Assembly (NCBI GenBank): GCA_001782825.1
Contig: MFPS01000007.1
Location: 148,487 to 212,486, forward strand
From: Candidatus Magasanikbacteria bacterium RIFCSPHIGHO2_01_FULL_33_34
GTDB lineage: Bacteria; Patescibacteriota; Patescibacteriia; Magasanikbacterales; UBA922
Length of the DNA stretch: 64,000 bases
Direction: 5' to 3'
In this document: piece by piece, positions 9,113-18,362 of the stretch
Numbering within the stretch: position 1 is the stretch's first letter
Layout: each line of letters begins with the position of its first letter
Made by a program: the position numbers and the translations under genes
Notes under the pieces: generated by a model
Seen by the model: only the letters and a program-made list of their open reading frames with translations
Database searches by the model: none
What the model was told of the DNA's origin: nothing

Positions 9113-9276
9113 ATTGCTATTACTAATCAAATTATATGGGTGTAAGAAAAAAAAATAGAAACCTTTGGAAAGCTGAGCGCAAGGTACAAATCAAAAAAAT
9201 TAGTGCCAAACGTTTAAAAAAATCTCTAAAACTAAAGGCTAAAGAAAAAGCTACTGCTTAATGTAGTAGTTATTAC

Positions 9277-9351
9277 GGACCGGTAGTTCAACTGGTTAGA
9301 GCACTGCCCTGTCACGGCAGAAGTTGCGAGTTCGAGTCTCGTCCGGTCCGC
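9277..9351 (+). tRNA. tRNA-Asp (anticodon GTC)
   Basis: GGACCGG acceptor, D-arm TAGTTCAACTGGTTAGAGC, anticodon loop CTGTCAC, T-arm GCGAG/TTCGAGT/CTCGT; no encoded CCA. Confidence 0.9.
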
Positions 9352-9478
9352 AAAAATTAATTGATCTTCTGTTAAAAGTTAATTTTAAATTATTTATTTA
9401 TCAATACAAATAATCACTTTGCTCTTGTTTTTTATATATATTTATGATTTAATTGTTTTCAAGAAAGGATACTATCTG

Positions 9479-9970
9479 ATGAAAACTCGTAAAGAATCAA
9501 GTCTTGATAAATTCAGTCGTACTATGGACATGCACCATTGGGTTGGTGAAGAAGAGTGTCCAGTGTGCAAATACGACAAAAAAGGTACAACTCACCCAAT
9601 GACATGTAACGACTGTGGCATTCGTCGTACTGCCTGTGCTGAACAAAGTTGTTACCACTATTGGATCTATGACTGGCCAGATGGCACTCAAGAACTAATT
9701 CCACCATGCGGAAATAAACAACCAGACCCAAAAGTAGCAATGTTTGGCATTGTTCGAATCTGTGCCCATTGTAATCACTGTCTTGAAACTGACTACGAGG
9801 GAGGTACAGGTACCTGTCACTATCTAGCAATGGAACTAGCAAGAAAGCCACCCTCTAAACAACCTAGTAATCCTAACTACAGACGTGCCTTGGAGTTAAT
9901 AGCCGAAAGAACTATTCTTCACAAAAACGCTGGTACAAAAGAATATAAAGTTGTAATTCGAAAACTATAA
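9479..9970 (+). CDS. Cys-rich hypothetical protein (12 Cys; CPVC, CNDCG, CAHCNHC clusters), GC-elevated
   Basis: Track ORF 9419-9970; start at MKTRK (9479) has an AGGA ribosome-binding site 9 nt upstream; GC ~42% against a ~30% background. Confidence 0.5.
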   Translation: MKTRKESSLDKFSRTMDMHHWVGEEECPVCKYDKKGTTHPMTCNDCGIRRTACAEQSCYHYWIYDWPDGTQELIPPCGNKQPDPKVAMFGIVRICAHCNHCLETDYEGGTGTCHYLAMELARKPPSKQPSNPNYRRALELIAERTILHKNAGTKEYKVVIRKL

Positions 9971-10119
9971 TACAACCAAGGCACCTGCGAAGAATCTGTT
10001 CGCCTGCCTATTTTATTTCTGAACTATATTTGGAAATAAAATAAGGAGTATAATGCGAACAGTTTTTTTGTTTTTAAAATAAAACTATTAAAAACAAAAA
10101 ATCACCAAATATTTGATGA

Positions 10120-10162
10120 TTTTTTGTTTTTGCCTGTAGCTATTCAAAGCTACAGGCTTATT
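10120..10162. terminator. Bidirectional rho-independent terminator between convergent genes
   Basis: gcctgtagc-tattcaaa-gctacaggc with a U-run on both sides. Confidence 0.55.
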
Positions 10163-10184
10163 GGAATGAATATATTCCTCCTCA

Positions 10185-10586
10185 TTATTTATTGAAGTCT
10201 ACTACATGTTGATGTATGTCTTCTTCAGACTTTTTTTGAGAATTATCCTTATTATGTTTTCTTCGCTTCCCCTTGCCTTTTTCTAAACTAGGAAACATAC
10301 TATTTATCTTGGATTTAATCTCCTGTGCTTTATTACTCTCAACAAACACGTAAAAAATCTGAATATACTTATTACCCCTGACCTTTACCTCCAAACCAGA
10401 TCTAGTTTCATTGCAAATTACACTCCCCTGCGAAACTGATTTGATTGATGATATTATACCAATAGAAATTCCTTTGACACCATCAAGTGTCTTCAGAAAA
10501 TCTACCACTGGACCAGATGCATCAATGATGGTAGTATGTCTACCCCTGAACTTATCACCACTACGATGATTCTTCTTACTCATCAA
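10185..10586 (-). CDS. Hypothetical 133-aa protein, GC-elevated islet
   Basis: ORF track; 9 nt downstream of the 10596-11126 gene (2-gene operon); no motif recognised. Confidence 0.45.
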   Translation of the reverse strand: MMSKKNHRSGDKFRGRHTTIIDASGPVVDFLKTLDGVKGISIGIISSIKSVSQGSVICNETRSGLEVKVRGNKYIQIFYVFVESNKAQEIKSKINSMFPSLEKGKGKRRKHNKDNSQKKSEEDIHQHVVDFNK

Positions 10587-10595
10587 ACTACCCCT

Positions 10596-11126
10596 CTAGC
10601 GACGACTCAGTACTTCGTCCCAAGTAGACTCGTAGTAAGGACCCATGACATTTGATTCCCAAACAAGACCATACTTAGTCCAAAACTGAATTGATTCACT
10701 AAACTCATCCCTGTTATACCCAGGACGACTAAATGCAAAATTGGTAGGCTCTTTAGGAGTATTAGCTCCTACGTATCCAGTAATCAAAAACCACTGAATT
10801 CCACGTTTTACAGCAACTAGAGTAAACAATGAACTATTAAGCTTCACACCACCAACAACCACGTGTGTTGGCTTATCACGACCAATACGAACAGCAAAGG
10901 TATGTGGTCGATCTGGAAACCTTTCTACAAGTGAACTTTGGCCAATAATCTGACCAAAATTAATCTCACCTGCGTGAAATATTTTACCGTAAGGTAGCCT
11001 TGTTCTTTTAGCTGCCTCTTCGAGCAACCCTCCTGCTTCTGGATGAGCACGAAGATGTTCTACAGTATCATCATTAAGATGAATAATATTACCACACAAT
11101 GTTCTGAGTTCACGTGGAACAAGCAT
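10596..11126 (-). CDS. Hypothetical 176-aa protein, GC-elevated islet
   Basis: ORF track; strong GGAGG ribosome-binding site 7 nt before ATG; GC ~42%; no motif recognised. Confidence 0.5.
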   Translation of the reverse strand: MLVPRELRTLCGNIIHLNDDTVEHLRAHPEAGGLLEEAAKRTRLPYGKIFHAGEINFGQIIGQSSLVERFPDRPHTFAVRIGRDKPTHVVVGGVKLNSSLFTLVAVKRGIQWFLITGYVGANTPKEPTNFAFSRPGYNRDEFSESIQFWTKYGLVWESNVMGPYYESTWDEVLSRR

Positions 11127-11309
11127 GATATGCCTCCATTGAGCTTTTGAATGTCTATGGTTTTCGCCTTACTTATACTGACAAGGCTCATCAGTCCGTA
11201 ACTCTTACGGAGAACCATAAACTTTTAATTTTCTCAATATAAAAATATACTACAAAACTATACTTTTGTCAATAATGCCCAAAAACAAAAAGAGCGACCA
11301 ATTGCTCTT

Positions 11310-11666
11310 TTACTCCTTTCTATTTTTTGGAAAATCTTTTTCTGCTTGTTCAATAATAACTACAAATATTTCAAATTGTGCTTTAGTAAGTCCCTTTGCT
11401 TGAAGTATTTCCATATATGCTTCCATAAATTCAATAATTTTTTGCCTCAAAATTCTAAAATCTTTTTTTTCAACAATCTCACGAACTGAGATAAACCGTT
11501 TCTGAATACTTTCAATATCCTCCAATGATACTTTTTCACCATGCACCGAATCAACTATTGCTAATTCCAAAAGACTCTTAAACTCTACCAAACTTCCAAA
11601 CTTATTTAAAAGATCAACTATCTCACCTCTCAAAATATTCAAATTATGCGCAGAATTTTTTTCCAT
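11310..11666 (-). CDS. Hypothetical ~118-aa helical protein
   Basis: ORF track (start alternatives at 11687 or 11666); followed by hairpin terminator aagagcgaccaattgctctt. Confidence 0.4.
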   Translation of the reverse strand: MEKNSAHNLNILRGEIVDLLNKFGSLVEFKSLLELAIVDSVHGEKVSLEDIESIQKRFISVREIVEKKDFRILRQKIIEFMEAYMEILQAKGLTKAQFEIFVVIIEQAEKDFPKNRKE

Positions 11667-11723
11667 AAACACCCCTCCTTTACCCAAAGATATACTACAA
11701 TATCACCGCTGTCAACCAAAACA

Positions 11724-11748
11724 AAAGAGCGACTTCAAGTCGCTCATC
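11724..11748 (-). terminator. Rho-independent terminator of the 11752-12360 gene
   Basis: gagcgacttgaagtcgctc + TTTTGTTTT on minus strand. Confidence 0.5.
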
Positions 11749-11751
11749 CCA

Positions 11752-12360
11752 TTATTTGTCCCCATTTCTTTTGAATGGTATTATTTCTGCCAATTTTTTA
11801 TCTGAATCTATTTCTTTTTTTATTTCTACATCTCTTGAAAAAATTATTTTCAATTCAGTAGTATCAATTTCTGCAGAATCAACCGGATATTTGTGTTGCC
11901 TACTACCACATCCATAACCAGGTGTAGTCACCCAAACATCACTATGCTGATGAAAAGATCTTATAAAAATATGCTCCAAAACTAATAAATTTCGCATTCC
12001 TGAACGAATATCAATAGCTGGGTCACTATGATGTTCTTTGAAAAAATCGACCATATTAGAAACATCATCTCTATGAACAATATACAAATATTGAACCTTT
12101 TTAGTACCTTCTGAAAAATCAACTACCATCAAAACACAATACTTCAAATGATCCAGGCTAGAAACATTATATGTAGTCTCACAATGCCACTGAGGTATTT
12201 CTTTTTTTATTGGTTTTATTGATTTAGTAGGATATTTGTCATTTCCCTTTATTATTGGTTTAATGAAATCTTCAATAAACCACCCAAATACTACAATCCC
12301 CAACACCATCAAAGGTATCAAAAAATAATCAGCATAATTCATAATACCCTCCTTATACAC
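11752..12360 (-). CDS. N-terminally membrane-anchored hypothetical protein (several His/Asp clusters)
   Basis: ORF track; TM FLIPLMVLGIVVFGWFI; no confident family. Confidence 0.45.
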   Translation of the reverse strand: MYKEGIMNYADYFLIPLMVLGIVVFGWFIEDFIKPIIKGNDKYPTKSIKPIKKEIPQWHCETTYNVSSLDHLKYCVLMVVDFSEGTKKVQYLYIVHRDDVSNMVDFFKEHHSDPAIDIRSGMRNLLVLEHIFIRSFHQHSDVWVTTPGYGCGSRQHKYPVDSAEIDTTELKIIFSRDVEIKKEIDSDKKLAEIIPFKRNGDK

Positions 12361-12389
12361 ACTAAATCACTAAAATATTATCTTGTCAA

Positions 12390-12420
12390 CCAAAAAAGCA
12401 GTTCATCAAACTGCTTTTAA
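12390..12420 (-). terminator. Rho-independent terminator of ppsA
   Basis: aaaagcagtttgatgaactgctttttt on minus strand directly after the stop. Confidence 0.55.
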
Positions 12421-12421
12421 T

Positions 12422-15400
12422 TTATTCTAAATCATCTGAATCACATACTTCCCAATACTGCGGTACATCACATGGCGTCGCAAAGGCTTCACATTCACTA
12501 TCTTTATTTTTTCTGGCATAAGCAATCATTTGTATGCAAACTTTTTTATCACGCACATCCCAATGATTTAATTCTCTATCTGGCAAAGCATTCTCATCAT
12601 CGGACTCAAAACTGAAACTTTCTAACATTCTTACAAATTTTTCAGAATTACTATTTATTTCCAAAATTGATCCGTCATCCATTTCAACTTCAACCACACT
12701 TATTTTGGCATCATTATCAGAAAATAAAACTTCATATGAAAATGCTGGCATATTATCAAGTTTTATACTTTGTTTGTCTAATTGTCTGACTGGATGATCA
12801 ACCAATTGCATAAATACACTTACATACTCACCAGTTTCTGAATTTTTGGCAGATACGCCATTTTTCCAATGTTCTACTGACCAAGTTGATGGATAATCCA
12901 TTGAAAATTTTGCAAATGAACTTTCACTCAATTTGCTCATTTTGTTTTCAAATTCTTCTTCTTTGGCTTCAAGCGCTCTTAGATTGTCTTCTCTGGCTTG
13001 TGCAGTGAATTTTTCTCTCAATTCAACTGGACTGATCTCACTCATTTTACTATCAAGTACTTTATTGTAGCCAGTTACATCAGTACAGCCAGCACCCAGA
13101 CTAATCAAACCAGCGCCCATAATACCTACCAAAACTACAATCCCAAGATGTTTTTTGCTAGTTTTACTACCAGTTTTACCAAGAGTTTTTTCTGTATAAG
13201 CTATCTTTTCTCGAGCAGACACAACTGTATCAGGATTCAAGGATATACTATCAATTCCCTCGCGTACCAAAAATTCTGCAAATTCTGGATAATCACTCGG
13301 TGCTTGTCCACAAATACCAATTTTTTTCTTGTATTTGTGAGCAACATGAATAACATTTCTAATCAAAGATTTTACAGCCTCATCATTTTCATTATATACA
13401 TGACTTACCAAAGCTGAATCTCTGTCAACTCCAAGTGTCAACTGAGTTAAATCATTGGATCCAATACTAAAACCATCAAAAATTTTGGCAAATTCTTCTG
13501 CCAAAATTACATTGGCAGGAATCTCGCACATCACATATACTTGCAAACCATTTTCGCCTTGCTTTAAACCAAATTCTGCCATAGTATTCAAAACTTTTTT
13601 ACCTTCTTCTGGAGTGCGACAAAACGGAACCATAGTAATTACATTGTCTAATCCCCATTCATCTCTTACTTTTTTGATTGCTTCACATTCCAACTTGAAA
13701 GCTGGTTTATATTCTTTTGAATAATAACGACTTGCTCCTCGCCAACCAATCATTGGATTTTGTTCTTTTGGTTCAAATTCTGTACCCCCAACCAAAGTAG
13801 CATATTCATTGGTTTTAAAATCACTAAATCTAATAATTACATCATTTGGATAAGCTGATGCCGCAATTCTACCTATTCCTTCAGCCAACTTGTCTACACA
13901 ATAATCAGTCTTTTTTTTGTATGCACGGGTAATACTAGCTATTTTCTTTTTAGCGACTTTGTCTTTTAATTTATTAAAATGAACTAAAGCAAGTGGATGA
14001 ATACGAATAAAATTTGTAAAAATAAATTCCTCTCGAGCAAGCCCAACACCATCATTTGGCAAAAATGACATAGCAAAAGCATTGTCCGGATCACCTACAT
14101 TCATCATTATTTTAGTTTTTGTCTTTTTTATATTTTTTATTTCAATTTTTTTAACCTCAAAAGGTAAAATTGTATTATATATATGACCTTCATCACCCTC
14201 AGCACAGCTGACAGTCACTGATTGATTATTTTTTAATAATTTTCTTACATTTGAGGCGCCTACAATTGCTGGTACACCTAACTCACGCGATACAATAGCC
14301 GCATGAGAAGTTTTACCACCTTGTTCAGTTACAATTGCAGAAGCAATACGCATAATCGGCTCCCAATCTGGATCAGTTATTCTAGTGACCAAAATTTCAC
14401 CTTTCTTAAATTTATTCATGTCTTTTGGATCTTCAATAATCCTCACTTTACCAGTACCAATTTTCTGACCAACACCAATACCAGTTGCAAGTAATTTACC
14501 TTTTTTCTTTAAAATATATTCCTCTACTACTGCATGATTTGATCTAGCTTTGACAGTTTCGGGTCGTGCCTGCACAATAAATAATTTTCCTGTCTGACCA
14601 TCCTTGGCCCACTCCAAATCTTGTGGCTTGCCATAATGTTCAGCAATTTGTACTGCCCATTTAGACAATTGAATAATTTCTTTGTCTGATATACAAAATT
14701 TATTTCTATCAGCTAACTTTACATTTTCTTGTATAGTACCTCCACCACTTTTTTTGTATACCAATTTTACATCCTTTGTACCCACTATCCGACTAATAAT
14801 AGACGCTTTACCTTTTTTTAAACCTTCTTTAAAAATATAAAATTGATCTGGTGTTACTCTACCTTTTACAACATATTCACCCAAACCATACGAAGCAGTT
14901 AATAATACCACCCCATCAAATCCAGACTCCGTATCTAATGAAAACATTACACCACTAGTAGCCAAATCCGATCGTACCATTTCTTGGACAGCTACAGACA
15001 ATGCCACATTCAAATGATCATAACCATGACCTTCACGATAAGAAATAGCTCTATTTGTAAACAAAGAGGCCACACAATCTTTAACTGCTTTCAATAACTG
15101 TTTGTTACCCACTACATTCAAATAAGTCTCTTGTTGACCAGCAAAACTAGCATCTGGCAAATCCTCTGCAGTAGCACTAGATCGTACAGCCACAGCTACT
15201 CCTGTTTTAGTATTTCCAGATAATTTTTTGTAAGCTTCCAATATTTCCTTCTCAATTTCTTTGGGGAATGTCGCTTCCAAAATCATTTCACGCACTTTTT
15301 TACCTACTCTTTCCAATTCTACTACATTTGTAACATCCAACCCTTTGATAGCAGTTTTTATATTCTTATCCAGACCTGTGCTTTTCAAAAAACTCCAATA

Positions 15401-15580
15401 GGCTGAACTAGTCAAGGCATATCCATTGGGAATACTCACACCCTTTGACGTCAGTTTTGAATACATTTCTCCCAAAGATGCATTTTTGCCACCAACAAGA
15501 GGCACATCTTTTATAGATATTTCATCAAACCAAAGAATATTTTTCTCTGTTCTTTTTTGAGTATTATTTTTAACTACCAT
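12422..15580 (-). CDS. ppsA: Phosphoenolpyruvate synthase (PEP-utilising enzyme family) fused to a C-terminal transmembrane helix plus ~240-aa extra domain
   Basis: N-terminal PPDK/PpsA ATP-grasp region, central phospho-His motif (GGKTSHAAIVSRELGVPAIVG), C-terminal PEP-binding TIM barrel (…GSNDLTQLTLGVDRDS…). Then HLGIVVLVGIMGAGLISLGAG (TM) and an acidic 240-aa tail. Confidence 0.85.
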   Translation of the reverse strand: MVVKNNTQKRTEKNILWFDEISIKDVPLVGGKNASLGEMYSKLTSKGVSIPNGYALTSSAYWSFLKSTGLDKNIKTAIKGLDVTNVVELERVGKKVREMILEATFPKEIEKEILEAYKKLSGNTKTGVAVAVRSSATAEDLPDASFAGQQETYLNVVGNKQLLKAVKDCVASLFTNRAISYREGHGYDHLNVALSVAVQEMVRSDLATSGVMFSLDTESGFDGVVLLTASYGLGEYVVKGRVTPDQFYIFKEGLKKGKASIISRIVGTKDVKLVYKKSGGGTIQENVKLADRNKFCISDKEIIQLSKWAVQIAEHYGKPQDLEWAKDGQTGKLFIVQARPETVKARSNHAVVEEYILKKKGKLLATGIGVGQKIGTGKVRIIEDPKDMNKFKKGEILVTRITDPDWEPIMRIASAIVTEQGGKTSHAAIVSRELGVPAIVGASNVRKLLKNNQSVTVSCAEGDEGHIYNTILPFEVKKIEIKNIKKTKTKIMMNVGDPDNAFAMSFLPNDGVGLAREEFIFTNFIRIHPLALVHFNKLKDKVAKKKIASITRAYKKKTDYCVDKLAEGIGRIAASAYPNDVIIRFSDFKTNEYATLVGGTEFEPKEQNPMIGWRGASRYYSKEYKPAFKLECEAIKKVRDEWGLDNVITMVPFCRTPEEGKKVLNTMAEFGLKQGENGLQVYVMCEIPANVILAEEFAKIFDGFSIGSNDLTQLTLGVDRDSALVSHVYNENDEAVKSLIRNVIHVAHKYKKKIGICGQAPSDYPEFAEFLVREGIDSISLNPDTVVSAREKIAYTEKTLGKTGSKTSKKHLGIVVLVGIMGAGLISLGAGCTDVTGYNKVLDSKMSEISPVELREKFTAQAREDNLRALEAKEEEFENKMSKLSESSFAKFSMDYPSTWSVEHWKNGVSAKNSETGEYVSVFMQLVDHPVRQLDKQSIKLDNMPAFSYEVLFSDNDAKISVVEVEMDDGSILEINSNSEKFVRMLESFSFESDDENALPDRELNHWDVRDKKVCIQMIAYARKNKDSECEAFATPCDVPQYWEVCDSDDLE

Positions 15581-15630
15581 GTACTTAAAAAATATTTTAA
15601 AATAACTTTTTACTATATATAGTATACCAC

Positions 15631-15660
15631 ATTTTTCAATCTATTGAAAAAGTTAGACAA
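15631..15660 (-). promoter_or_regulatory. Candidate extended -10 promoter (TGgTATACT) for ppsA
   Basis: rc of 15631-15641 = TGTGGTATACT, ~45 nt upstream of the ppsA start. Confidence 0.3.
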
Positions 15661-15675
15661 AACATAGTCAATAAT

Positions 15676-17109
15676 CTAGACTTCTCTTACCTCCAACAAA
15701 TTAATATGTCCAGCCTCACCAATCGGTTCACCAGCTACAATAATAATTTTGTCTTTTTTCTTTAAGATTTTTTTCTTATGTAATAATTCTATAGATTTTT
15801 TTGACATCTCTTCTATAGAACTAAATTCACCATACTTATATGGTCTAACCCCCCATGACAAATTCAATTGACGATTCACAATTTCAGTACGAGTCAAAAT
15901 CACAATTTTTGTATCTGGCCTATAACTACTCAACAGTCTACCCGTATCTCCTGATACTGAAGCTGATAAAATCAATTTTGCCTCTATACCCTCTGCAAGC
16001 ATTCTAGACAATCCACTGATAATATCATCAACGTCTTTACTCAAATTACTATATTTTTTTGTAGGCAAATTATCATATTCAGATCTTTCAGCTTCTTCAA
16101 TAATATTACTCATAACAGCAACGGCCAAATCTGGATAATGTCCAATAGCTGTTTCAGCCGAAAGCATTACCGCATCAGCGCTATCAATCACAGCATTAGC
16201 CACATCAGAAACTTCTGCTCGTGTTGGATCAGGACTATATTTCATTGATTCAAGCATTTGTGTTGCGACTATCACCGGTTTTTCTTTCTTTATACACTGA
16301 GCAATTATTTTCTTTTGAATCATCGGTACCTTTTGAATTGGAATTTCAATACCCAAGTCTCCACGAGCAATCATGATTGCATCTGACACATCTATAATAC
16401 TTTCAATATTCTCAACCGCCTCATGTCTTTCAATTTTTGAAATTATTCTAATTTTATTTTTTTTGCTTATTTTTAATTTTTTTTGATGTTTATTTATTAA
16501 TCTAGATAAAGCTTTAACATCTTTACTACTATTTACAAAAGACAAGGCAATAAAATCTACTTTTTGTTCAATCCCAAAACACACATCCTCTCTGTCCTTT
16601 TTTGTCAAAGAAGTTAAATTCAACTTTGTATCGGGAATATTCATCCCCTTATGCGATGTCAAAAGTCCGCCTGTTTTAACTTTACAAATAATTTTTGACC
16701 CTTGTATAGAAATAACTTTTGTTTCAATATGTCCATCATTCAAAAAAATCCTCTCATTTTTTTTGACAAAATTATGCAATGGATAATCAATCGTTATCTG
16801 ATTACCGACACATTCTTTTATTAAATAATTAAAAATAATTTTCTGTCCACTACTCAACTCAATACCCTCTGTTGGTAATTCACCCACCCTAATCTTTGGT
16901 CCTTGTAAATCTTGTATAATTGCAATCGGTTCACCACTAGCTTTCTCAAGTCTTCTTACTCTTTTGATTACATTCAAATATTCATCATGATTGCCATGTG
17001 AAAAATTTAAACGAACAACATTCATCCCATTTTTTTGCATTTTTTCCAAAACTTCATACTTGTCTGATGCTGGTCCTATTGTACACACAATTTTAGTACT
17101 TTTTTCCAT
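15676..17109 (-). CDS. pyk: Pyruvate kinase
   Basis: MEKSTKIVCTIGPASDKYEVLEKMQKNGMNVVRLNFSHGNHDEY… canonical PK N-terminus, full length. Confidence 0.9.
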   Translation of the reverse strand: MEKSTKIVCTIGPASDKYEVLEKMQKNGMNVVRLNFSHGNHDEYLNVIKRVRRLEKASGEPIAIIQDLQGPKIRVGELPTEGIELSSGQKIIFNYLIKECVGNQITIDYPLHNFVKKNERIFLNDGHIETKVISIQGSKIICKVKTGGLLTSHKGMNIPDTKLNLTSLTKKDREDVCFGIEQKVDFIALSFVNSSKDVKALSRLINKHQKKLKISKKNKIRIISKIERHEAVENIESIIDVSDAIMIARGDLGIEIPIQKVPMIQKKIIAQCIKKEKPVIVATQMLESMKYSPDPTRAEVSDVANAVIDSADAVMLSAETAIGHYPDLAVAVMSNIIEEAERSEYDNLPTKKYSNLSKDVDDIISGLSRMLAEGIEAKLILSASVSGDTGRLLSSYRPDTKIVILTRTEIVNRQLNLSWGVRPYKYGEFSSIEEMSKKSIELLHKKKILKKKDKIIIVAGEPIGEAGHINLLEVREV

Positions 17110-17145
17110 AATTACAAATCAATATTTATTTAAAATAACTATATC

Positions 17146-17601
17146 CTATTTGTTTATCATTCCCTTAACTTGTTCCAATTGTTCTGCTGTAAGATTTGAT
17201 ACGCTATCTAAACCAAAACCTTCTCGAAGTATATTGCCTAGATTCATATTTCCAGGTGCAGTACCAAAAATATTCTGTATTTGAGCTGTATATTGTTCTA
17301 TAATTGCTGGTAAATATATAATAGCCAAAACTATTGGGGCTACAATGAGTAATAATTTAACATAATTCACAAACACCATCATATTCAACCTACTTTTTAT
17401 TTTTTTATTCTGCGCATAAATAGCTTTTGACCATTTGATATTTTTTTCAATCAGCTCTTCAAGCGAATCCTTTTTTGCGATCACAACTGGCTCATTTTTT
17501 TTATCAGTCTTTTTTTTCTTTTTATTTTCTTCTGGTGGAATATTTATCTCAATATCCATTGGTTCAGGCAAACCCTCATCAGATATTTTTTCATCTATCA
17601 T
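17146..17601 (-). CDS. Hypothetical protein with one TM helix
   Basis: ORF track; K-rich N-terminus, TM LLLIVAPIVLAIIYLPAII. Confidence 0.4.
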   Translation of the reverse strand: MIDEKISDEGLPEPMDIEINIPPEENKKKKKTDKKNEPVVIAKKDSLEELIEKNIKWSKAIYAQNKKIKSRLNMMVFVNYVKLLLIVAPIVLAIIYLPAIIEQYTAQIQNIFGTAPGNMNLGNILREGFGLDSVSNLTAEQLEQVKGMINK

Positions 17602-17616
17602 ATATTTATTATTAAT

Positions 17617-18078
17617 TTACTTATTTTTTCCACTTCCTAATGATTTTATTTCTGTACTAAATTTATCAACATCCTGAAATGACCTGTAAATAGAAGCAAA
17701 CCTAATATAAGCAATTTTATCAAACTTCTTCAAATGCTTCATAACAATCTCTCCAATTTCTTCACTAGTTATCTCGCGTTTTTTCTTCTTTTGTAAATCT
17801 CTTTCAATAGTTGATATTAACTTATCAAACTTTTCTTCAGTATATGGCCTTTTGGCAAGAGACTGTAAAATACCTTTACTAATTTTCTTTCTATCATATG
17901 ACTCTCTATTTCCATTTCGTTTTACTATCACTATATCCAAAAGCTCCATTTCCTCAACAGTTGAAAATCTATAATTACATTTCTCACACTCTCGCCTCCG
18001 TCTAATCGCCACCCCATCTTGAGCAAGTCTAGAATCAATCACTTTTGTATTTTTTGAATTACAAGTAGGACAATACAT
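17617..18078 (-). CDS. nrdR: Transcriptional repressor NrdR (zinc ribbon + ATP-cone)
   Basis: MYCPTCNSKNTKVIDSR…CEKCNYRFSTVE… then ATP-cone. Confidence 0.85.
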   Translation of the reverse strand: MYCPTCNSKNTKVIDSRLAQDGVAIRRRRECEKCNYRFSTVEEMELLDIVIVKRNGNRESYDRKKISKGILQSLAKRPYTEEKFDKLISTIERDLQKKKKREITSEEIGEIVMKHLKKFDKIAYIRFASIYRSFQDVDKFSTEIKSLGSGKNK

Positions 18079-18100
18079 ATTTATATAATTTCATGTTAAG

Positions 18101-18262
18101 TTGTAAGAATTGAAAACGTTATTTATAATTAAGCATTATTTCCAATTATTTGTTTTTACGGATTTGAGGCCCCAACAGGCATCACCCTCGGAGCCGAAGC
18201 GAGAATGAGTAAAAATAAATAATTGGAAAAAATGCGGTCATGATTGAAAGTATAAACAATAC
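18101..18262 (+). repeat. Nested palindromic intergenic element, copy R3 (subfamily A) with outer flanks; inner insert 18133-18232, core 18160-18208 in plus orientation
   Basis: Core GGATTTGAGGCCCCAACAGGCATCACCCTCGGAGCCGAAGCGAGAATGA. The outer 35+33-nt flanks recur contiguously, without the 100-nt insert, at 23945-24010. Confidence 0.8.
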
Positions 18263-18362
18263 TACTATATATTACAGTTAAGCTATTTTAACATTTTATA
18301 AATAAAAATAAAAGACCATAAAAGTCTCTTATTTAATTTGTTTTAAATTATATAAACAATAA

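Noticed and set aside
17617-18078. NrdR as evidence of a nearby ribonucleotide-reductase operon
   Set aside because: No nrd genes occur in the window; nrdR stands alone here, so no inference about nucleotide reduction is made.
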